Positions 22,018 through 33,287 are shown, numbered from the stretch's first letter. The stretch is 64,000 nucleotides of DNA from an uncultured Chitinophagales bacterium (GCA_964653095.1 CAZZEH010000009.1:39266-103265), one strand, 5' to 3'. Notes: generated by a model not told the origin, from the sequence alone. Numbers and translations are program-made.

Positions 22018-22839
22018 TTACTTTCTTTTATTTACAATTAGTCTGTTACTTGCTTTATTTTTCTTGCGTGTTTTCAGGCCTTTTGCCATTACACCTTTTC
22101 TGCTTCTAGGAAGTCCACCGGAGGCTCTTCCCTCTCCACCACCCATAGGGTGATCGACCGGGTTCATTGCTACCCCTCTCGTTCTAGGTCTGATTCCTCT
22201 CCATCTGGAAGCTCCTGCTTTACCAAGTACCAAAAGACTGTGATCGGAATTCGATACTGAACCTACCGTAGCTAAGCATGTTCCCAATACTTTTCTTGAT
22301 TCTCCACTTGGAAGCTTTACAACCACATATTTCCCTTCTTTAGAAGTCAGCTGAGCGAAAGTACCGGCGCTTCTACACATTTCAGCACCCTTGCCCGGTT
22401 GCAATTCTATGTTATGTATGATTGAACCTAAAGGCATTTTGCTCACTGGCAGGGTATTTCCTAATTCGGGTGATGCTTTTTCTCCGCTTATTATTTCCTG
22501 TCCTACCGATAATCCTTCCGGAGCAATAATATAACGTTTCTCCCCGTCTTTATATGCCACAAGTGCAATAAATGCAGAACGGTTTGGATCGTATTCGATT
22601 GTTTTCACGACTGCCGGGATATCAAATTTATTGCGCTTGAAGTCAATAATTCTATATCTCTTTTTATGACCGCCGCCTTTGTACCTCATGGTCATTGCTC
22701 CTCCTGAGTTTCTTCCTCCCGACCTTTTTGCAGGTGCCAGCAAAGACTTTTCAGGTTTGTTCGTAGTCACTTCGGTAAAGGCATTAGTTATTTTTGTTCT
22801 AAGTCCTGGTGTAACCGGTTTGTATCTTTTAATTCCCAT
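22018..22839 (-). CDS. rplB: 50S ribosomal protein L2
   Basis: …[14 protein letters not shown]… L2 signature, 273 aa. Confidence 0.97.
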   Translation of the reverse strand: MGIKRYKPVTPGLRTKITNAFTEVTTNKPEKSLLAPAKRSGGRNSGGAMTMRYKGGGHKKRYRIIDFKRNKFDIPAVVKTIEYDPNRSAFIALVAYKDGEKRYIIAPEGLSVGQEIISGEKASPELGNTLPVSKMPLGSIIHNIELQPGKGAEMCRSAGTFAQLTSKEGKYVVVKLPSGESRKVLGTCLATVGSVSNSDHSLLVLGKAGASRWRGIRPRTRGVAMNPVDHPMGGGEGRASGGLPRSRKGVMAKGLKTRKKNKASNRLIVNKRK

Positions 22840-22877
22840 TTTACTTAATTATCGCTAAAGCTGCTTATTAAATTTAA

Positions 22878-23168
22878 TTATATTTCAGAAAAGAAGTCTA
22901 TCGAATCTCCTTCTGCAAGTTTCACTATAGCCTTTTTAAAGCTTCCTTTCCTTCCTGTCAAAACTCCGGATTTGGTGTATCTGCTTTTTGCTTTTGCGGG
23001 CATCACCATTGTCCGCACATCTGTCACCCGCACTCCGTAAAACTCTTCAATTGCTTTTTTTATCTGAATTTTGTTCGCTCTTTTATCTACAATAAAGCCT
23101 ACAGTACCAAGTTTCTCAGTAGCAACGGACTGTTTTTCCGTAATTAAAGGTCTCTTTAAGATTTCCAT
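22878..23168 (-). CDS. rplW: 50S ribosomal protein L23
   Basis: 96 aa, position between rplD and rplB, L23-like (…PLITEKQS…FIVDKRANK.QIKKAIEEFYGV). Confidence 0.94.
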   Translation of the reverse strand: MEILKRPLITEKQSVATEKLGTVGFIVDKRANKIQIKKAIEEFYGVRVTDVRTMVMPAKAKSRYTKSGVLTGRKGSFKKAIVKLAEGDSIDFFSEI

Positions 23169-23173
23169 GCCTA

Positions 23174-23812
23174 TTATGCTTTACTGTTTGATAATAAATT
23201 TCTAATTGAATCCACCGCTTTTTCACTTATCAATACTGTATTTGAATTAAGGATATCGTAAGCGTTGAAAGACATCACCTCGACTATATCCGCCTGAGGC
23301 AAATTTCTTCCGGACAGATATACATTCCAATTTAAATCCGGAGTAATGAAGAGCGTCTTTTGACTCTCTACTCCCAAACTTTCCAAGAATGAGATATACT
23401 GTTTTGTTTTTGGTGTATCAAAATCAAAGTCTTCTACTATTTTGATGGCCTTGTTTTGAAGCTTGGAAGAGAGTGCTGATTTTTTAGAAAGAGCAACCAC
23501 TTTTTTGTTCAGCTTGAAACTGTAATCACGCGGTCTTGGACCAAAAATAGTCGCTCCGCCTCTGAACAAAGGGTTTTTGATACTACCTTTTCTTGACCCT
23601 CCTGTACCTTTTTGTTTGTGGAGCTTTCTTGTAGATCCGGACAGTTCAGACTTTTCTTTTGTCTTGTGATTTCCGCTTCTGATACTTGCCAAATATTGCT
23701 TTACCGCGAGGTACATCACATGCTCATTCGGCTCTATTCCGAAGACATCTTCCGGCAGTTCTACTTCTCTGCCCGTGGATTGTCCCTGTATATTTAAAAC
23801 TTCTGCTTTCAT
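23174..23812 (-). CDS. rplD: 50S ribosomal protein L4
   Basis: MKAEVLNIQGQSTGREVELPEDVFGIEPNEH… from the ATG at 23812, which avoids overlap with rplC. 23824 is an alternative start. Confidence 0.93.
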   Translation of the reverse strand: MKAEVLNIQGQSTGREVELPEDVFGIEPNEHVMYLAVKQYLASIRSGNHKTKEKSELSGSTRKLHKQKGTGGSRKGSIKNPLFRGGATIFGPRPRDYSFKLNKKVVALSKKSALSSKLQNKAIKIVEDFDFDTPKTKQYISFLESLGVESQKTLFITPDLNWNVYLSGRNLPQADIVEVMSFNAYDILNSNTVLISEKAVDSIRNLLSNSKA

Positions 23813-23813
23813 A

Positions 23814-24428
23814 TTATTTTTCAATAATCACATATGATCCGTTATGTCCCGGGACACAACCCTTAATGAAAATTAAATTTTTATCGTGAGCTACTGACAT
23901 GACTCTCAGATTTTTTTGCTTCACTCTATCCGTTCCCATGCGGCCGGGCATTTTTTTCCCTTTCATCACTCTTCCCGGAGTAGAACAGGCTCCTATAGAA
24001 CCCAAAGTTCTTTCTCTGTTTTTTTGCCCGTGTGAAGCCGTTGAACCTGAATATCCGTGTCGCTTAACTGCACCCTGAAATCCTTTCCCTTTAGAAATTC
24101 CGATAACCGCCACATTTTCACCCACATTAATAATTTCAGTGGTGACGACATCGCCAAGTTTTAATTCACTTCCCGGGTTTCTAAATTCTACCAACTTCTT
24201 TTTGGGCGTGGTAGAAGCTTTTTCAAAATGTCCGGTCATAGGTTTTGTGGCGTTTTTCTCTTTCATTTCGCCAAATCCAAGCTGGACTGCCTCATAACCA
24301 TCATTATCCAAAGTCTTAATCTGTGTCACTACACATGGTCCTGCCTCAATAACCGTACAGGCTATCTGCTTTCCAGTATCATCAAAGATACTTGTCATAC
24401 CGAGCTTCTTTCCAATTAATCCGTTCAT
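23814..24428 (-). CDS. rplC: 50S ribosomal protein L3
   Basis: [16 protein letters not shown]…. Confidence 0.97.
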   Translation of the reverse strand: MNGLIGKKLGMTSIFDDTGKQIACTVIEAGPCVVTQIKTLDNDGYEAVQLGFGEMKEKNATKPMTGHFEKASTTPKKKLVEFRNPGSELKLGDVVTTEIINVGENVAVIGISKGKGFQGAVKRHGYSGSTASHGQKNRERTLGSIGACSTPGRVMKGKKMPGRMGTDRVKQKNLRVMSVAHDKNLIFIKGCVPGHNGSYVIIEK

Positions 24429-24733
24429 TATACTTTGATTTCAACGTCCACGCCGGAGGGCAATTCTAATTTCATCAATGCATCTACAGTCTTAGGAGTA
24501 GCGCTATATATATCCAAGAGTCTTTTGTACGTACATAGTTTAAACTGCTCGCGTGCTGTCTTATTCACATGCGGAGATCTCAAAACTGTAAAAATTCTCT
24601 TATGAGTAGGCAACGGGATAGGGCCTGTAACGACTGCTCCTGCCTGTTTTACTGTTTTTACGATCTTTTCAGCAGACTTGTCTACGAGATTATGATCGTA
24701 TGACTTGAGTTTTATTCTGATTCTCTGTGCCAT
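24428..24733 (-). CDS. rpsJ: 30S ribosomal protein S10
   Basis: …[15 protein letters not shown]…. Confidence 0.97.
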   Translation of the reverse strand: MAQRIRIKLKSYDHNLVDKSAEKIVKTVKQAGAVVTGPIPLPTHKRIFTVLRSPHVNKTAREQFKLCTYKRLLDIYSATPKTVDALMKLELPSGVDVEIKV

Positions 24734-24740
24734 TATTATA

Positions 24741-26846
24741 TTATTCTGCTTTTACTCTTGATTTTACATTTGCTATCACTTCTTCTGTAATGTTAGCCGG
24801 TGCCTGTGCATAGTGAGAGAACTCCATAATAGATGTTGCTCTTCCTGACGTGATAGTCCTAAGATCTGTCACATAACCAAACATTTCAGACAGTGGAACT
24901 TTTGCCCTGATTACCTGAGCATTGTTTTTGATTTCCATACCTTCCATCATTCCACGGCGACGGTTTAAGTCTCCCACTACGTCTCCTGTATTTTCTTCGG
25001 GTGCAATCACTTCCACTTTCATGATTGGTTCCAACAAAATCGGACCGGCTTTTTTACAAGACTCTCTAAAGGCAAATTTAGCAGCCTGTTCAAAAGAAAA
25101 AGTATCTGAATCCACCGGATGAAATGAACCATCGTACAATCTCACTTTAAGATTCGGTACTTCATAACCTGCCAAAATACCGGTTTTCATTGCTTCTTTA
25201 AAGCCTTTCTCTACGGCAGGTATAAATTCTCTCGGAACCGCTCCTCCAAAAATATCATTGATGAATTCCAGACCCTCTTTACCCTCATCTGCCGGACCTA
25301 CTTCTACAGCAATATCCGCAAATTTACCTCTACCACCTGTCTGTTTGGCGTATTTTTCTCTATGTTGAACCGATTTAGAGATAGCTTCTTTATAGTTCAC
25401 CTGAGGCGTACCCTGATTACATTCTACTTTAAATTCTCTCAGCAGTCTGTCTAAAATAATGTCCAAATGCAATTCGCCCATTCCTGAAATGACAGTTTGA
25501 GCAGTTTCCTCATCATATCTTACTTGGAAAGTCGGATCTTCTTCGGCCAATTTCCCCAAAGCCATACCCAGTCTGTCTGAATCCTTTTTCGTTTTAGGCT
25601 CAATTGCCACACCAATTACCGGATCCGGGAACTTCATGGATTCCAATACAATTGGAGCTTTCTCATCACATAATGTATCTCCAGTACGAATATCTTTAAA
25701 ACCAACTACCGCACCGATGTCACCTGCTCCGAGCTGATCGATTGGGTTTTGTTTATTTGCGTGCATTTGGAAAATTCTTGAGATTCGCTCTCTGTTTCCG
25801 CTTCTTGTATTCAGCACATAGCTTCCTGCATCTAACTTTCCTGAATATGCTCTGACAAAAGCCAATCTTCCCACATAAGGGTCTGTTGCAATTTTAAATG
25901 CAAGTGCTGCGAAAGGTTCCTCAAAGCTTGGTTTTCTGGAAATAGGCTCTTCTGTCTTTGGATGAGTCCCGTCTATGCTTTCTTTATCCAACGGGCTTGG
26001 TAAAAGCTCCATCACCAAATCCAACATAGTCTGTACTCCTTTGTTTTTAAAAGAAGAACCACAAACCATTGGTACAATCGAGCCATCTATTGTAGCCGAG
26101 CGGAGTGCGTCCAAAATTTCTCTTTCAGTGATTGTTGACGGATCTTCAAAATATTTCTCCATCAAATTTTCATCGTATTCTGAAACTGCCTCCAATAGTT
26201 TCTCCCGGTATTCTTCAGCTTCCGCAAGCATATCTTCCGGAATATCTACTACTTCATAGGTCATACCGAAATCTTCGGTATTCCACACCATACCTCTAAA
26301 GTTGACTAAATCTACAACTCCTTTAAAGTTATCTTCTGAACCTAACGGCAACTGTAATGGAATGGCATTGCTGCCCAACATTTCCTTAACCTGTCTGACC
26401 ACATCCAAGAAATCAGCTCCCTGGCGGTCCATTTTATTTACGAAACCAATTCTTGGCACGTTATAGTTATTGGCCAAACGCCAGTTTGTTTCGGACTGCG
26501 GCTCTACTCCATCTACTGCTGAAAACAGAAAAACCAATCCGTCCAACACTCTCAAAGAACGGTTTACCTCTACTGTAAAATCCACGTGTCCGGGAGTGTC
26601 GATTACGTTTACATGGTAATCGTGATCTCTGTATTTCCAGTGAATGGTTACTGCTGCAGATGTAATTGTAATACCGCGCTCCTGCTCCTGCACCATCCAG
26701 TCTGCTGTGGCTGAACCTTCGTGAGTTTCTCCAAGTTTATGGCTAACTCCTGAATAAAAGAGGATACGCTCAGTGGTAGTCGTTTTACCTGCATCAATAT
26801 GTGCTGCAATTCCAATATTTCTTGTATATGTTAAGTCTCGCGCCAT
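24741..26846 (-). CDS. fusA: elongation factor G
   Basis: 701 aa, G motifs [29 protein letters not shown]. Lies between rpsG and rpsJ. Confidence 0.98.
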   Translation of the reverse strand: MARDLTYTRNIGIAAHIDAGKTTTTERILFYSGVSHKLGETHEGSATADWMVQEQERGITITSAAVTIHWKYRDHDYHVNVIDTPGHVDFTVEVNRSLRVLDGLVFLFSAVDGVEPQSETNWRLANNYNVPRIGFVNKMDRQGADFLDVVRQVKEMLGSNAIPLQLPLGSEDNFKGVVDLVNFRGMVWNTEDFGMTYEVVDIPEDMLAEAEEYREKLLEAVSEYDENLMEKYFEDPSTITEREILDALRSATIDGSIVPMVCGSSFKNKGVQTMLDLVMELLPSPLDKESIDGTHPKTEEPISRKPSFEEPFAALAFKIATDPYVGRLAFVRAYSGKLDAGSYVLNTRSGNRERISRIFQMHANKQNPIDQLGAGDIGAVVGFKDIRTGDTLCDEKAPIVLESMKFPDPVIGVAIEPKTKKDSDRLGMALGKLAEEDPTFQVRYDEETAQTVISGMGELHLDIILDRLLREFKVECNQGTPQVNYKEAISKSVQHREKYAKQTGGRGKFADIAVEVGPADEGKEGLEFINDIFGGAVPREFIPAVEKGFKEAMKTGILAGYEVPNLKVRLYDGSFHPVDSDTFSFEQAAKFAFRESCKKAGPILLEPIMKVEVIAPEENTGDVVGDLNRRRGMMEGMEIKNNAQVIRAKVPLSEMFGYVTDLRTITSGRATSIMEFSHYAQAPANITEEVIANVKSRVKAE

Positions 26847-26864
26847 GATTCTGTTCTTCTCTAT

Positions 26865-27332
26865 TTATATTCTAAAGTGTGAAAATGCCTTATTGGCCTC
26901 TGCCATTCTGTGAGTATCTTCTTTTCTCTTCACAGCGGCTCCTTCTCCTTTGGAAGCTGCAATCAGTTCTGCCGCGAGTTTTTCGGCCATAGACCTTCCG
27001 GTTCTCTTGCGGGCAAACATAATTATCCATTTCATGGTCAGAAACTGTCTCCTTTCATCTCTGATAGGAGTAGGTATCTGAAAAGTTGCTCCTCCAATTC
27101 TCCTTGATCTCACCTCTACTCCCGGCTGCACATTCAGCATCGCCTGATTCCATATTTCATGAGGATTTTCTCCGGTGCTTTCTGCTATTTTATCCATTGC
27201 ATCGTAAAACACTCTGAATGCGGTACTCTTTTTACCGTCATACATCAGACTGTTTACAAATCTTGTTACAATCGGATCGCCATATCTCGGATCTGGTGCT
27301 ATTGGGCGTTTTTTGGCTTTCGTTTTTCTCAT
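26865..27332 (-). CDS. rpsG: 30S ribosomal protein S7
   Basis: 155 aa, S7-like throughout, follows rpsL. Confidence 0.97.
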   Translation of the reverse strand: MRKTKAKKRPIAPDPRYGDPIVTRFVNSLMYDGKKSTAFRVFYDAMDKIAESTGENPHEIWNQAMLNVQPGVEVRSRRIGGATFQIPTPIRDERRQFLTMKWIIMFARKRTGRSMAEKLAAELIAASKGEGAAVKRKEDTHRMAEANKAFSHFRI

Positions 27333-27351
27333 CTTTCTCGAAAACTATATG

Positions 27352-27723
27352 TTATTTATTCTTTTTAGTGCCATATTTTGAACGGCTCTTTTTTCTGTTG
27401 TTTACACCTGCGGTATCCAATGCTCCGCGTACGATATGATAACGTACCCCCGGAAGGTCTTTAACCCGTCCTCCGCGAAGTAATACTATAGAGTGTTCCT
27501 GTAAATTATGTCCTTCTCCAGGTATATAAGCAATCACCTCATATCCGTTAGTCAAACGCACTTTTGCTACCTTACGTAAAGCGGAGTTAGGTTTTTTAGG
27601 TGTAGTGGTATATACACGTGTACATACCCCTCTTCTCTGCGGGCAACTTTCGAGTGCTCTTGACTTAGAGGTAGTTTCCAATGATTTCCTACCTTTCCTT
27701 ACTAATTGTTGTATAGTTGGCAT
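27352..27723 (-). CDS. rpsL: 30S ribosomal protein S12
   Basis: [12 protein letters not shown]…[13 protein letters not shown]…. Confidence 0.97.
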   Translation of the reverse strand: MPTIQQLVRKGRKSLETTSKSRALESCPQRRGVCTRVYTTTPKKPNSALRKVAKVRLTNGYEVIAYIPGEGHNLQEHSIVLLRGGRVKDLPGVRYHIVRGALDTAGVNNRKKSRSKYGTKKNK

Positions 27724-27749
27724 TGTACCTTTTTACATTTTTTGGACTG

Positions 27750-27757
27750 CAAAGGTA
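27750..27757 (-). promoter_or_regulatory. candidate Bacteroidota -7 promoter box (TACCTTTG) for the rpsL operon
   Basis: Minus-strand TACCTTTG fits the TAnnTTTG consensus and lies 26 nt upstream of the rpsL ATG. No clean -33 TTTG seen. Confidence 0.3.
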
Positions 27758-27951
27758 GGGAAAGGCATTTAAAATAAAAAGAAAAACGGAAATATTTTTC
27801 TCAGGTTATTTTGGTAGCCTTACTCCCACTCCGGAAGCAGTTGCTACAGGTTGTACCGAAATCGCTCGATAAATCTCTGAAGCGGGGCAAAGATAATTAA
27901 AATGAACATTCTTACAAGTTTTTTTAATATTAAGAAATAAAGGCTTTAATA

Positions 27952-28241
27952 TTTAAAACTTGAATATGCTGCAGAAAATCTATTCCGAATCAAAATAGCT
28001 TCAAATCAGTTGTTCCACCAACTTATTGCTCTTCTGCTTCTCATAACGAAATCTAATACAATGTCGTTTAGTTAAGGGCTTTTAGAAAATGAGATGCTTT
28101 CAGTTCGGCAGGCTCACTGGCCGCAGCATGATATTTACTATACAAAATGAATTGCTTTTAGATTCTTTCAGAATGACGTAAGTCAATTCATTTTGTGAAC
28201 TAAACGGTATTAAAATCTAATACATAATTCGGGTTAAACTC
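27952..28241. repeat. intergenic repeat family A, copy 1 (interrupted by MITE copy B1)
   Basis: Shares AGAAAATCTATTC… and …TTATTGCTCTTYTGYTTCTCATAACGAAATCTAATRCATAATTCGGGTTAAAYTC with 38615..38826. Confidence 0.55.
28061..28212 (-). mobile_element. MITE-like non-autonomous element, copy B1 (inverted relative to B2/B3)
   Basis: Termini ATGTCGTTTAGTT / AACTAAACGGTAT (11/13 complementary). Flanked by direct duplication AAATCTAATA(CA) at 28049-28060 and 28213-28224. An empty paralogous site is at 38798-38809. Confidence 0.7.
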
Positions 28242-28277
28242 GAATAGCCCGTCGCAAACTTCTATGTCAGAAATATT

Positions 28278-29606
28278 TTACTCAGAGTTCTCCAAGTCGA
28301 TAATACTAATGTTGCTCTTTCCTTTATGCAAAAACTGCAAAAACTTTCTTCTGATATCTGTGGTTTCTTCTATTGGATGAAAGTCAGCCATGACCTCTTT
28401 AAAGTCTTTATACTTTATATTGTCCTGAATACTGTAGCCTCTCAGTTCATAACCCTTCACAATATACACAACCGACAATTCCTGACCCGGGAGCTGCTCT
28501 ATAATCCAGCAGTTTTGGAAAGGGTAAGTTATTTTACTCACTGACTCTTTTATAATTTGGTTGTGCTTTTCAGAAAGAATCGTTTTTTTTGACACTGTAT
28601 CTGACGGATACTTTTGCCTGAGCTTCTGTATTATTTTTCTGCCTTTACTCAGAGAGGTTATTTTCAGAATTGGAGACTGAGAGGTTTTTGAATTTTCAAT
28701 GATTTTATAGTTTAAATAACCATTGTGATCTTTTTCTAAAAACAACCCGTATTTCTTATTAATCTTTCTGAGTTTTTTATTAAACACCGGTCTGTTTAAC
28801 AGAATATCTTCCGCCTCCCTTAACCTTGCGAGCATTTCACTTGGGAGTTCCAGCACACTAAAACTGTATATTTCTTTTTCCAAAGCTCCTGCCTGGAGTT
28901 TGTATGGAGTCTGAAAGTGCGACAAAATGCTTTCTCTGATATTTTTCGTTTTGGAGATATACAGATACTCGCCTTCTTTATTATAAAAAGTATAGACTCC
29001 CCGAGATTCAGATAAGGTGTCCACATCTTCGACATCTATGGATGGCGGGAGAAATTCAGACTTCACTTCATCTGACTTGACAGAGTCAAGTACCGTCTGC
29101 TTATCTGTACTCATTAGTTTTTCAAAAAGTGTGGCTGTAGCTTTCGTATCACCATAGGCTCTATGCCGATCCACAATTGGGATATCCAAAGACTTACAGA
29201 GATTGCCGAGACTGTATGAGGGCAGTCCGGGAAAAATCTTCCGGCTGAGCTCCACAGTACAAAGATGCGGTGTTCTGTACCTGATTCCATTTACCTGAAA
29301 TCTTGCTTTTAAAAATCTGTAGTCAAACTTTACGTTATGAGCTACAAACACCTGTCCTTCTAACAGCGCATACACCTCCTGTGCCACTTCTCTGAAAGTC
29401 GGTGCATTTCGGACCATCTTATTGGAGATGCCAGTTAATCTGGATATAAACGGTATAATAGGACGTTCGGGATTGATGAGAGACTGATATTCTCTAATCA
29501 CCCTGCTGCCATCATGTATGATAATGGCTATTTCTATAATCTTATCCTGAAGGCAATCGCTTCCTGTGGTTTCTAAATCAACTATTGCAAAGGTGGGCAA
29601 AATCAA
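28278..29606 (-). CDS. DnaQ-like 3'-5' exonuclease fused to a GIY-YIG nuclease-like domain
   Basis: 442 aa. ExoI FAIVDLETTG, ExoII VAHNVKFDYRFL, ExoIII HRAYGDTKAT, then RGVYTFYNKEGEYLYISKTKNIRESILSHF (GIY-YIG pattern). Confidence 0.85.
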   Translation of the reverse strand: MILPTFAIVDLETTGSDCLQDKIIEIAIIIHDGSRVIREYQSLINPERPIIPFISRLTGISNKMVRNAPTFREVAQEVYALLEGQVFVAHNVKFDYRFLKARFQVNGIRYRTPHLCTVELSRKIFPGLPSYSLGNLCKSLDIPIVDRHRAYGDTKATATLFEKLMSTDKQTVLDSVKSDEVKSEFLPPSIDVEDVDTLSESRGVYTFYNKEGEYLYISKTKNIRESILSHFQTPYKLQAGALEKEIYSFSVLELPSEMLARLREAEDILLNRPVFNKKLRKINKKYGLFLEKDHNGYLNYKIIENSKTSQSPILKITSLSKGRKIIQKLRQKYPSDTVSKKTILSEKHNQIIKESVSKITYPFQNCWIIEQLPGQELSVVYIVKGYELRGYSIQDNIKYKDFKEVMADFHPIEETTDIRRKFLQFLHKGKSNISIIDLENSE

Positions 29607-29634
29607 TTCATGTATGAGCTATACAATGGGCGGT

Positions 29635-30753
29635 CTATTTCGATATCATTACAGGCATGACCAGCATCAGCAGGTCTTCATCATCGTCTTGTTCCTGAGG
29701 TTTTAAAATGCCGGCTCTTGTAGGTGTTGAAAGTTCAATCCTGATTTCTTCACAGGATATGGTATTAAGCATTTCAATCAAAAACTTGGAATTGAAACCT
29801 ATCTCTATATCTTCTCCGTTATATTCACAAGACAGCTGTTCGGTAGCTTCGTTTGAAAAATCCAAGTCCTGTGCAGATACAGACAATGTACTTCCTACTA
29901 TTTTCAACACAACCTGATTGGTCGTTTTATTAGAGAATATAGTTGTTCTTCTTAATGTCCCCAATAAATCTTCTCTGTTGATAATTAGCAGATTGGGGTT
30001 ATCTTTCGGAATCACATTGTTATAGTCCGGAAATCTCTGATCGATAAGCCTGCACACGATATACACATTTTCTATTTTGAAAAATGCATTGTCTTTATTG
30101 AAAGCCATCGTTACTGAATCTTCTTTAACAGGAACTATATTTTTTAACTGACTTAGTGCTTTTTTGGGCAGAATAAAGCTTCCCTGCTCCTGAGAGACTA
30201 CATCACTTCTCGTATATTTCACCAACTTATGCGCATCTGTTGCTACAAAAGTAGTCCCGTTTTCATCAAGCTGGACGTACACTCCATTCATCGCAGGTCT
30301 GAGTTCGTCATTGCTGACCGCAAAAATTGTATTGGTGATTCCCGCTGCCAATACATACGCCGGCATACTGACTTCATATACATCTTCTTCCACAGGAATT
30401 TTCGGAAAATCTTCTCCATTTTCTCCCGGCAATTTGTATTTACCGTTATCAGTAGTCAGTTCTATTGCAAAACTTTGTTCTTCGAAAGATATAGTTACCG
30501 GCTGCTCCGGCAATTCTTTAAGAATATTGACCAAAATTTTTGCCGGAATGGCTATTTTGAAGTCTTCAGTCGCATCGACTTCAAAGCTCGTTGAAATTGA
30601 AGTTTCCAAATCTGTCGCCGATACAGTCAGCATTCCATTTTTTATATCAAAAAGGAAATCTTCAAGAATAGGCAATACTGTATTCGAACTGATTACACCT
30701 GAAACCTTTTGCAGGTTTTTCAATAATGCACTGGAAGATACTATCAATTTCAT
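29635..30753 (-). CDS. dnaN: DNA polymerase III beta sliding clamp
   Basis: 372 aa, MKLIVSSSALLKNLQKVSGVI… and three-domain clamp length and pattern. Confidence 0.93.
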   Translation of the reverse strand: MKLIVSSSALLKNLQKVSGVISSNTVLPILEDFLFDIKNGMLTVSATDLETSISTSFEVDATEDFKIAIPAKILVNILKELPEQPVTISFEEQSFAIELTTDNGKYKLPGENGEDFPKIPVEEDVYEVSMPAYVLAAGITNTIFAVSNDELRPAMNGVYVQLDENGTTFVATDAHKLVKYTRSDVVSQEQGSFILPKKALSQLKNIVPVKEDSVTMAFNKDNAFFKIENVYIVCRLIDQRFPDYNNVIPKDNPNLLIINREDLLGTLRRTTIFSNKTTNQVVLKIVGSTLSVSAQDLDFSNEATEQLSCEYNGEDIEIGFNSKFLIEMLNTISCEEIRIELSTPTRAGILKPQEQDDDEDLLMLVMPVMISK

Positions 30754-30830
30754 TAGATCACAATTTGTTGAACAAAGATAATTAATTTCACAAGTTATAA
30801 AATTTGTATATCAAAAAACTATCTTGCATC

Positions 30831-31958
30831 ATGCGAATAGGTATAAACACTCGTTTTTTACTGAAAGACGGTCTTGAAGGTTTGGGCATTTACACCAAGG
30901 AAATATCTTCCCGCCTCGCACAAATGCACCCGGAGCATGAATGGTTTTTTTTCTTTGACAGGAAGTTTGACTCTAAATATATCATCTCTTCCAATATTAC
31001 TCCTGTCGTCGTTTATCCTTCGGCCAGACACCCCTTTTTATGGTATTGGTGGTTTGAGCATTCAGTCCCGCGTGCTTTGAAAAAACATAAGATTGACTTT
31101 TTCTTTTCACCTGACAGTTATCTCAGCCTCTCTACTTCTGTCCCTCAGTTACTGACGGTGCATGACATTGCTTTTGAGTATTATCCGAAAGCCATACCGC
31201 CTTTGGTACGAAAATACTATCAGTACTATTTCCCTAAATACTGCGATAAAGCCCAGCATCTTGTCGCTATTTCAACTCACACAAAAAATGATTTGGTAGA
31301 AAAATATAAGATTGATGAACATAAAATCAGCACGATTCCAAACGGGGTGTCCGATATATTTTCTCCCATTAGTGAAAACGATTCTGAGTACATAAGACTA
31401 AAATATACGGATGGCTGTCCGTACTTTTTATATGTCGGAGCGGTTCATCCACGGAAAAATGTGCTTTCTCTTCTGCAATCTTTTGAGCAGTTTAAAACCA
31501 ATAATCCCGACACTCCGGACAAGCTTCTCATCGTCGGCAGAAAGGCATGGGGCAATGATGAGCTGATGAATTATTACGACCAAATGAAATTTCTGAAAGA
31601 TGTAGTTTGGTTAGAAAACATCGAGCATAGGGAACTGGCAAAAATCACCGCAAGCTCTACAGCATTAGTCTATATCTCATTTTACGAAGGATTTGGTCTG
31701 CCCGTATTGGAGTCCATGGCCTGCGGCAAAACGGCTATTGTGAGCAAAAATTCGCCAATGTCTGAAATAATTGGAGATGCAGGTCTGACTGTAAATCCTA
31801 CGGACATTTCAGAAATTTCCTCGACCATGCAGATGCTCTCTGAAAATAGCGATATGAGAGAAAAACTCAATCAGAAGAGTTTACAATACTCCAAAAATTA
31901 TCACTGGGATATCACTGCCCGAAAAACAGGAGCTCTTATTAAAAAATTAATTTCTTAA
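30831..31958 (+). CDS. GT4-family (GT-B) glycosyltransferase
   Basis: C-terminal EGFGLPVLESMACGKTAIVS motif. First ATG is at 30831 (the track start 30804 is TTG). Confidence 0.85.
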   Translation: MRIGINTRFLLKDGLEGLGIYTKEISSRLAQMHPEHEWFFFFDRKFDSKYIISSNITPVVVYPSARHPFLWYWWFEHSVPRALKKHKIDFFFSPDSYLSLSTSVPQLLTVHDIAFEYYPKAIPPLVRKYYQYYFPKYCDKAQHLVAISTHTKNDLVEKYKIDEHKISTIPNGVSDIFSPISENDSEYIRLKYTDGCPYFLYVGAVHPRKNVLSLLQSFEQFKTNNPDTPDKLLIVGRKAWGNDELMNYYDQMKFLKDVVWLENIEHRELAKITASSTALVYISFYEGFGLPVLESMACGKTAIVSKNSPMSEIIGDAGLTVNPTDISEISSTMQMLSENSDMREKLNQKSLQYSKNYHWDITARKTGALIKKLIS

Positions 31959-32051
31959 AATCTCCTTTTTTATCAAAAATCATTGGCAGTTTACCTGCTT
32001 TTGGATTCAATTTTGTAACTTTTTGACCAAAATCACTCAGTCCTGTCAATC

Positions 32052-33287
32052 ATGCCTAAAACTCACACATACGATTACAAACTACTTTTTGACAATAAAA
32101 CTGTAGGTATCATCATTGTCAATCAGGATGGGGTGCTTATTGAAGCCAATGATTTTGCCTCGAGAATGTTTGGTTACAGTACAAGTGACATGACAAATGG
32201 TCTGATGAGAATAGACAATTTGGTTCCCAAAAACCTGTCAGACAGACACAGTCGCAATCGGAAAGCTTATAACAAAAACCCTCACATGAAAATCATGGGG
32301 CAGGGTATTGACTTAAAAGCACAGCGCAAAGATGGAAGTATCTTTCCCGTAGAGGTCAGTCTAAGCCCTTACGAGTCTGACGGACAATCGTTTACCATTG
32401 CCTTTATCAATGATATCACTATAAGAAAAAATGGGGAACTGAAAATAAAAAAGCAGAACCAGGAGCTTGAGCAAGTCAAAAAACAATTAGAAAAACTCAA
32501 TCAGGAATTAGAAGAGAAAGTAGTACAGAGGACTCACACCCTGCTGGAAACTATGACGGAATTAGAATCTTCGAGAAATGAGCTGAAAGAAGCACTCAAA
32601 CAGGAAAGAGAGCTTGGCGAACTCAAATCAAGATTCGTCAGTATGGCTTCTCACGAATTCAGGACTCCTCTGAGTACCATACTTTCCTCCGCAGAGCTCA
32701 TAAAAAAATACATCGAGTCTGAAAAAACTGAACACTGTGAACGCCATATCAATCGTATCAAATCTTCTGTAGAACATTTGAATAATGTGCTGGAAGATTT
32801 TTTATCTATCGGGAGAATTGAGGAAGGTCAGGTCAAGGTAAACGTCGAGAAATTTAGTCTCACCACAGAAATAGAAAACACTGTAGCCGAAATACAGGAG
32901 CTTACCCAAAGAAATCAAACCATTCATTTTTTCAAAGACAAAACTATTGAAGTATATTCCGACAAACATCTGTTTAAAATTGCTTTGTCAAATATTTTGT
33001 CCAACGCAATAAAATTCAGCAAAGACGGCGGAAAAATAGAAGTTCACCTCCACAGAAAAAACAATTTTATATCTGTACAAGTAAAAGATTACGGCATCGG
33101 AATACCGAAATCCGAACACAAACGGTTGTTTTACAGATTTTTCAGAGCATCCAATTCTTCAGGTGTTCAAGGTACGGGACTGGGTACCTATATTGCAAAA
33201 AAATATATCAATATCCTGGGCGGAGAAGTGACTTTTGAATCCGCAGAAAATACAGGTACTACTTTTTATATCAATTTACCATTATGA
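32052..33287 (+). CDS. PAS-domain sensor histidine kinase (cytoplasmic)
   Basis: 411 aa, no TM. PAS-like N-terminus, coiled coil, H-box SHEFRTPLSTI, N box SNILSNAIKFS, G1 DYGIGIP, G2 GTGLGTYI. Confidence 0.9.
   Translation: MPKTHTYDYKLLFDNKTVGIIIVNQDGVLIEANDFASRMFGYSTSDMTNGLMRIDNLVPKNLSDRHSRNRKAYNKNPHMKIMGQGIDLKAQRKDGSIFPVEVSLSPYESDGQSFTIAFINDITIRKNGELKIKKQNQELEQVKKQLEKLNQELEEKVVQRTHTLLETMTELESSRNELKEALKQERELGELKSRFVSMASHEFRTPLSTILSSAELIKKYIESEKTEHCERHINRIKSSVEHLNNVLEDFLSIGRIEEGQVKVNVEKFSLTTEIENTVAEIQELTQRNQTIHFFKDKTIEVYSDKHLFKIALSNILSNAIKFSKDGGKIEVHLHRKNNFISVQVKDYGIGIPKSEHKRLFYRFFRASNSSGVQGTGLGTYIAKKYINILGGEVTFESAENTGTTFYINLPL

Noticed and set aside
9939-27439. Many plus-strand ORFs of 60-116 aa listed inside the ribosomal/secY/fusA block (for example 16260-16610, 19014-19358, 20155-20463, 25975-26259)
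   Set aside because: All lie antisense to or out of frame with strongly recognisable conserved genes. They have low-complexity translations and are shadow ORFs.
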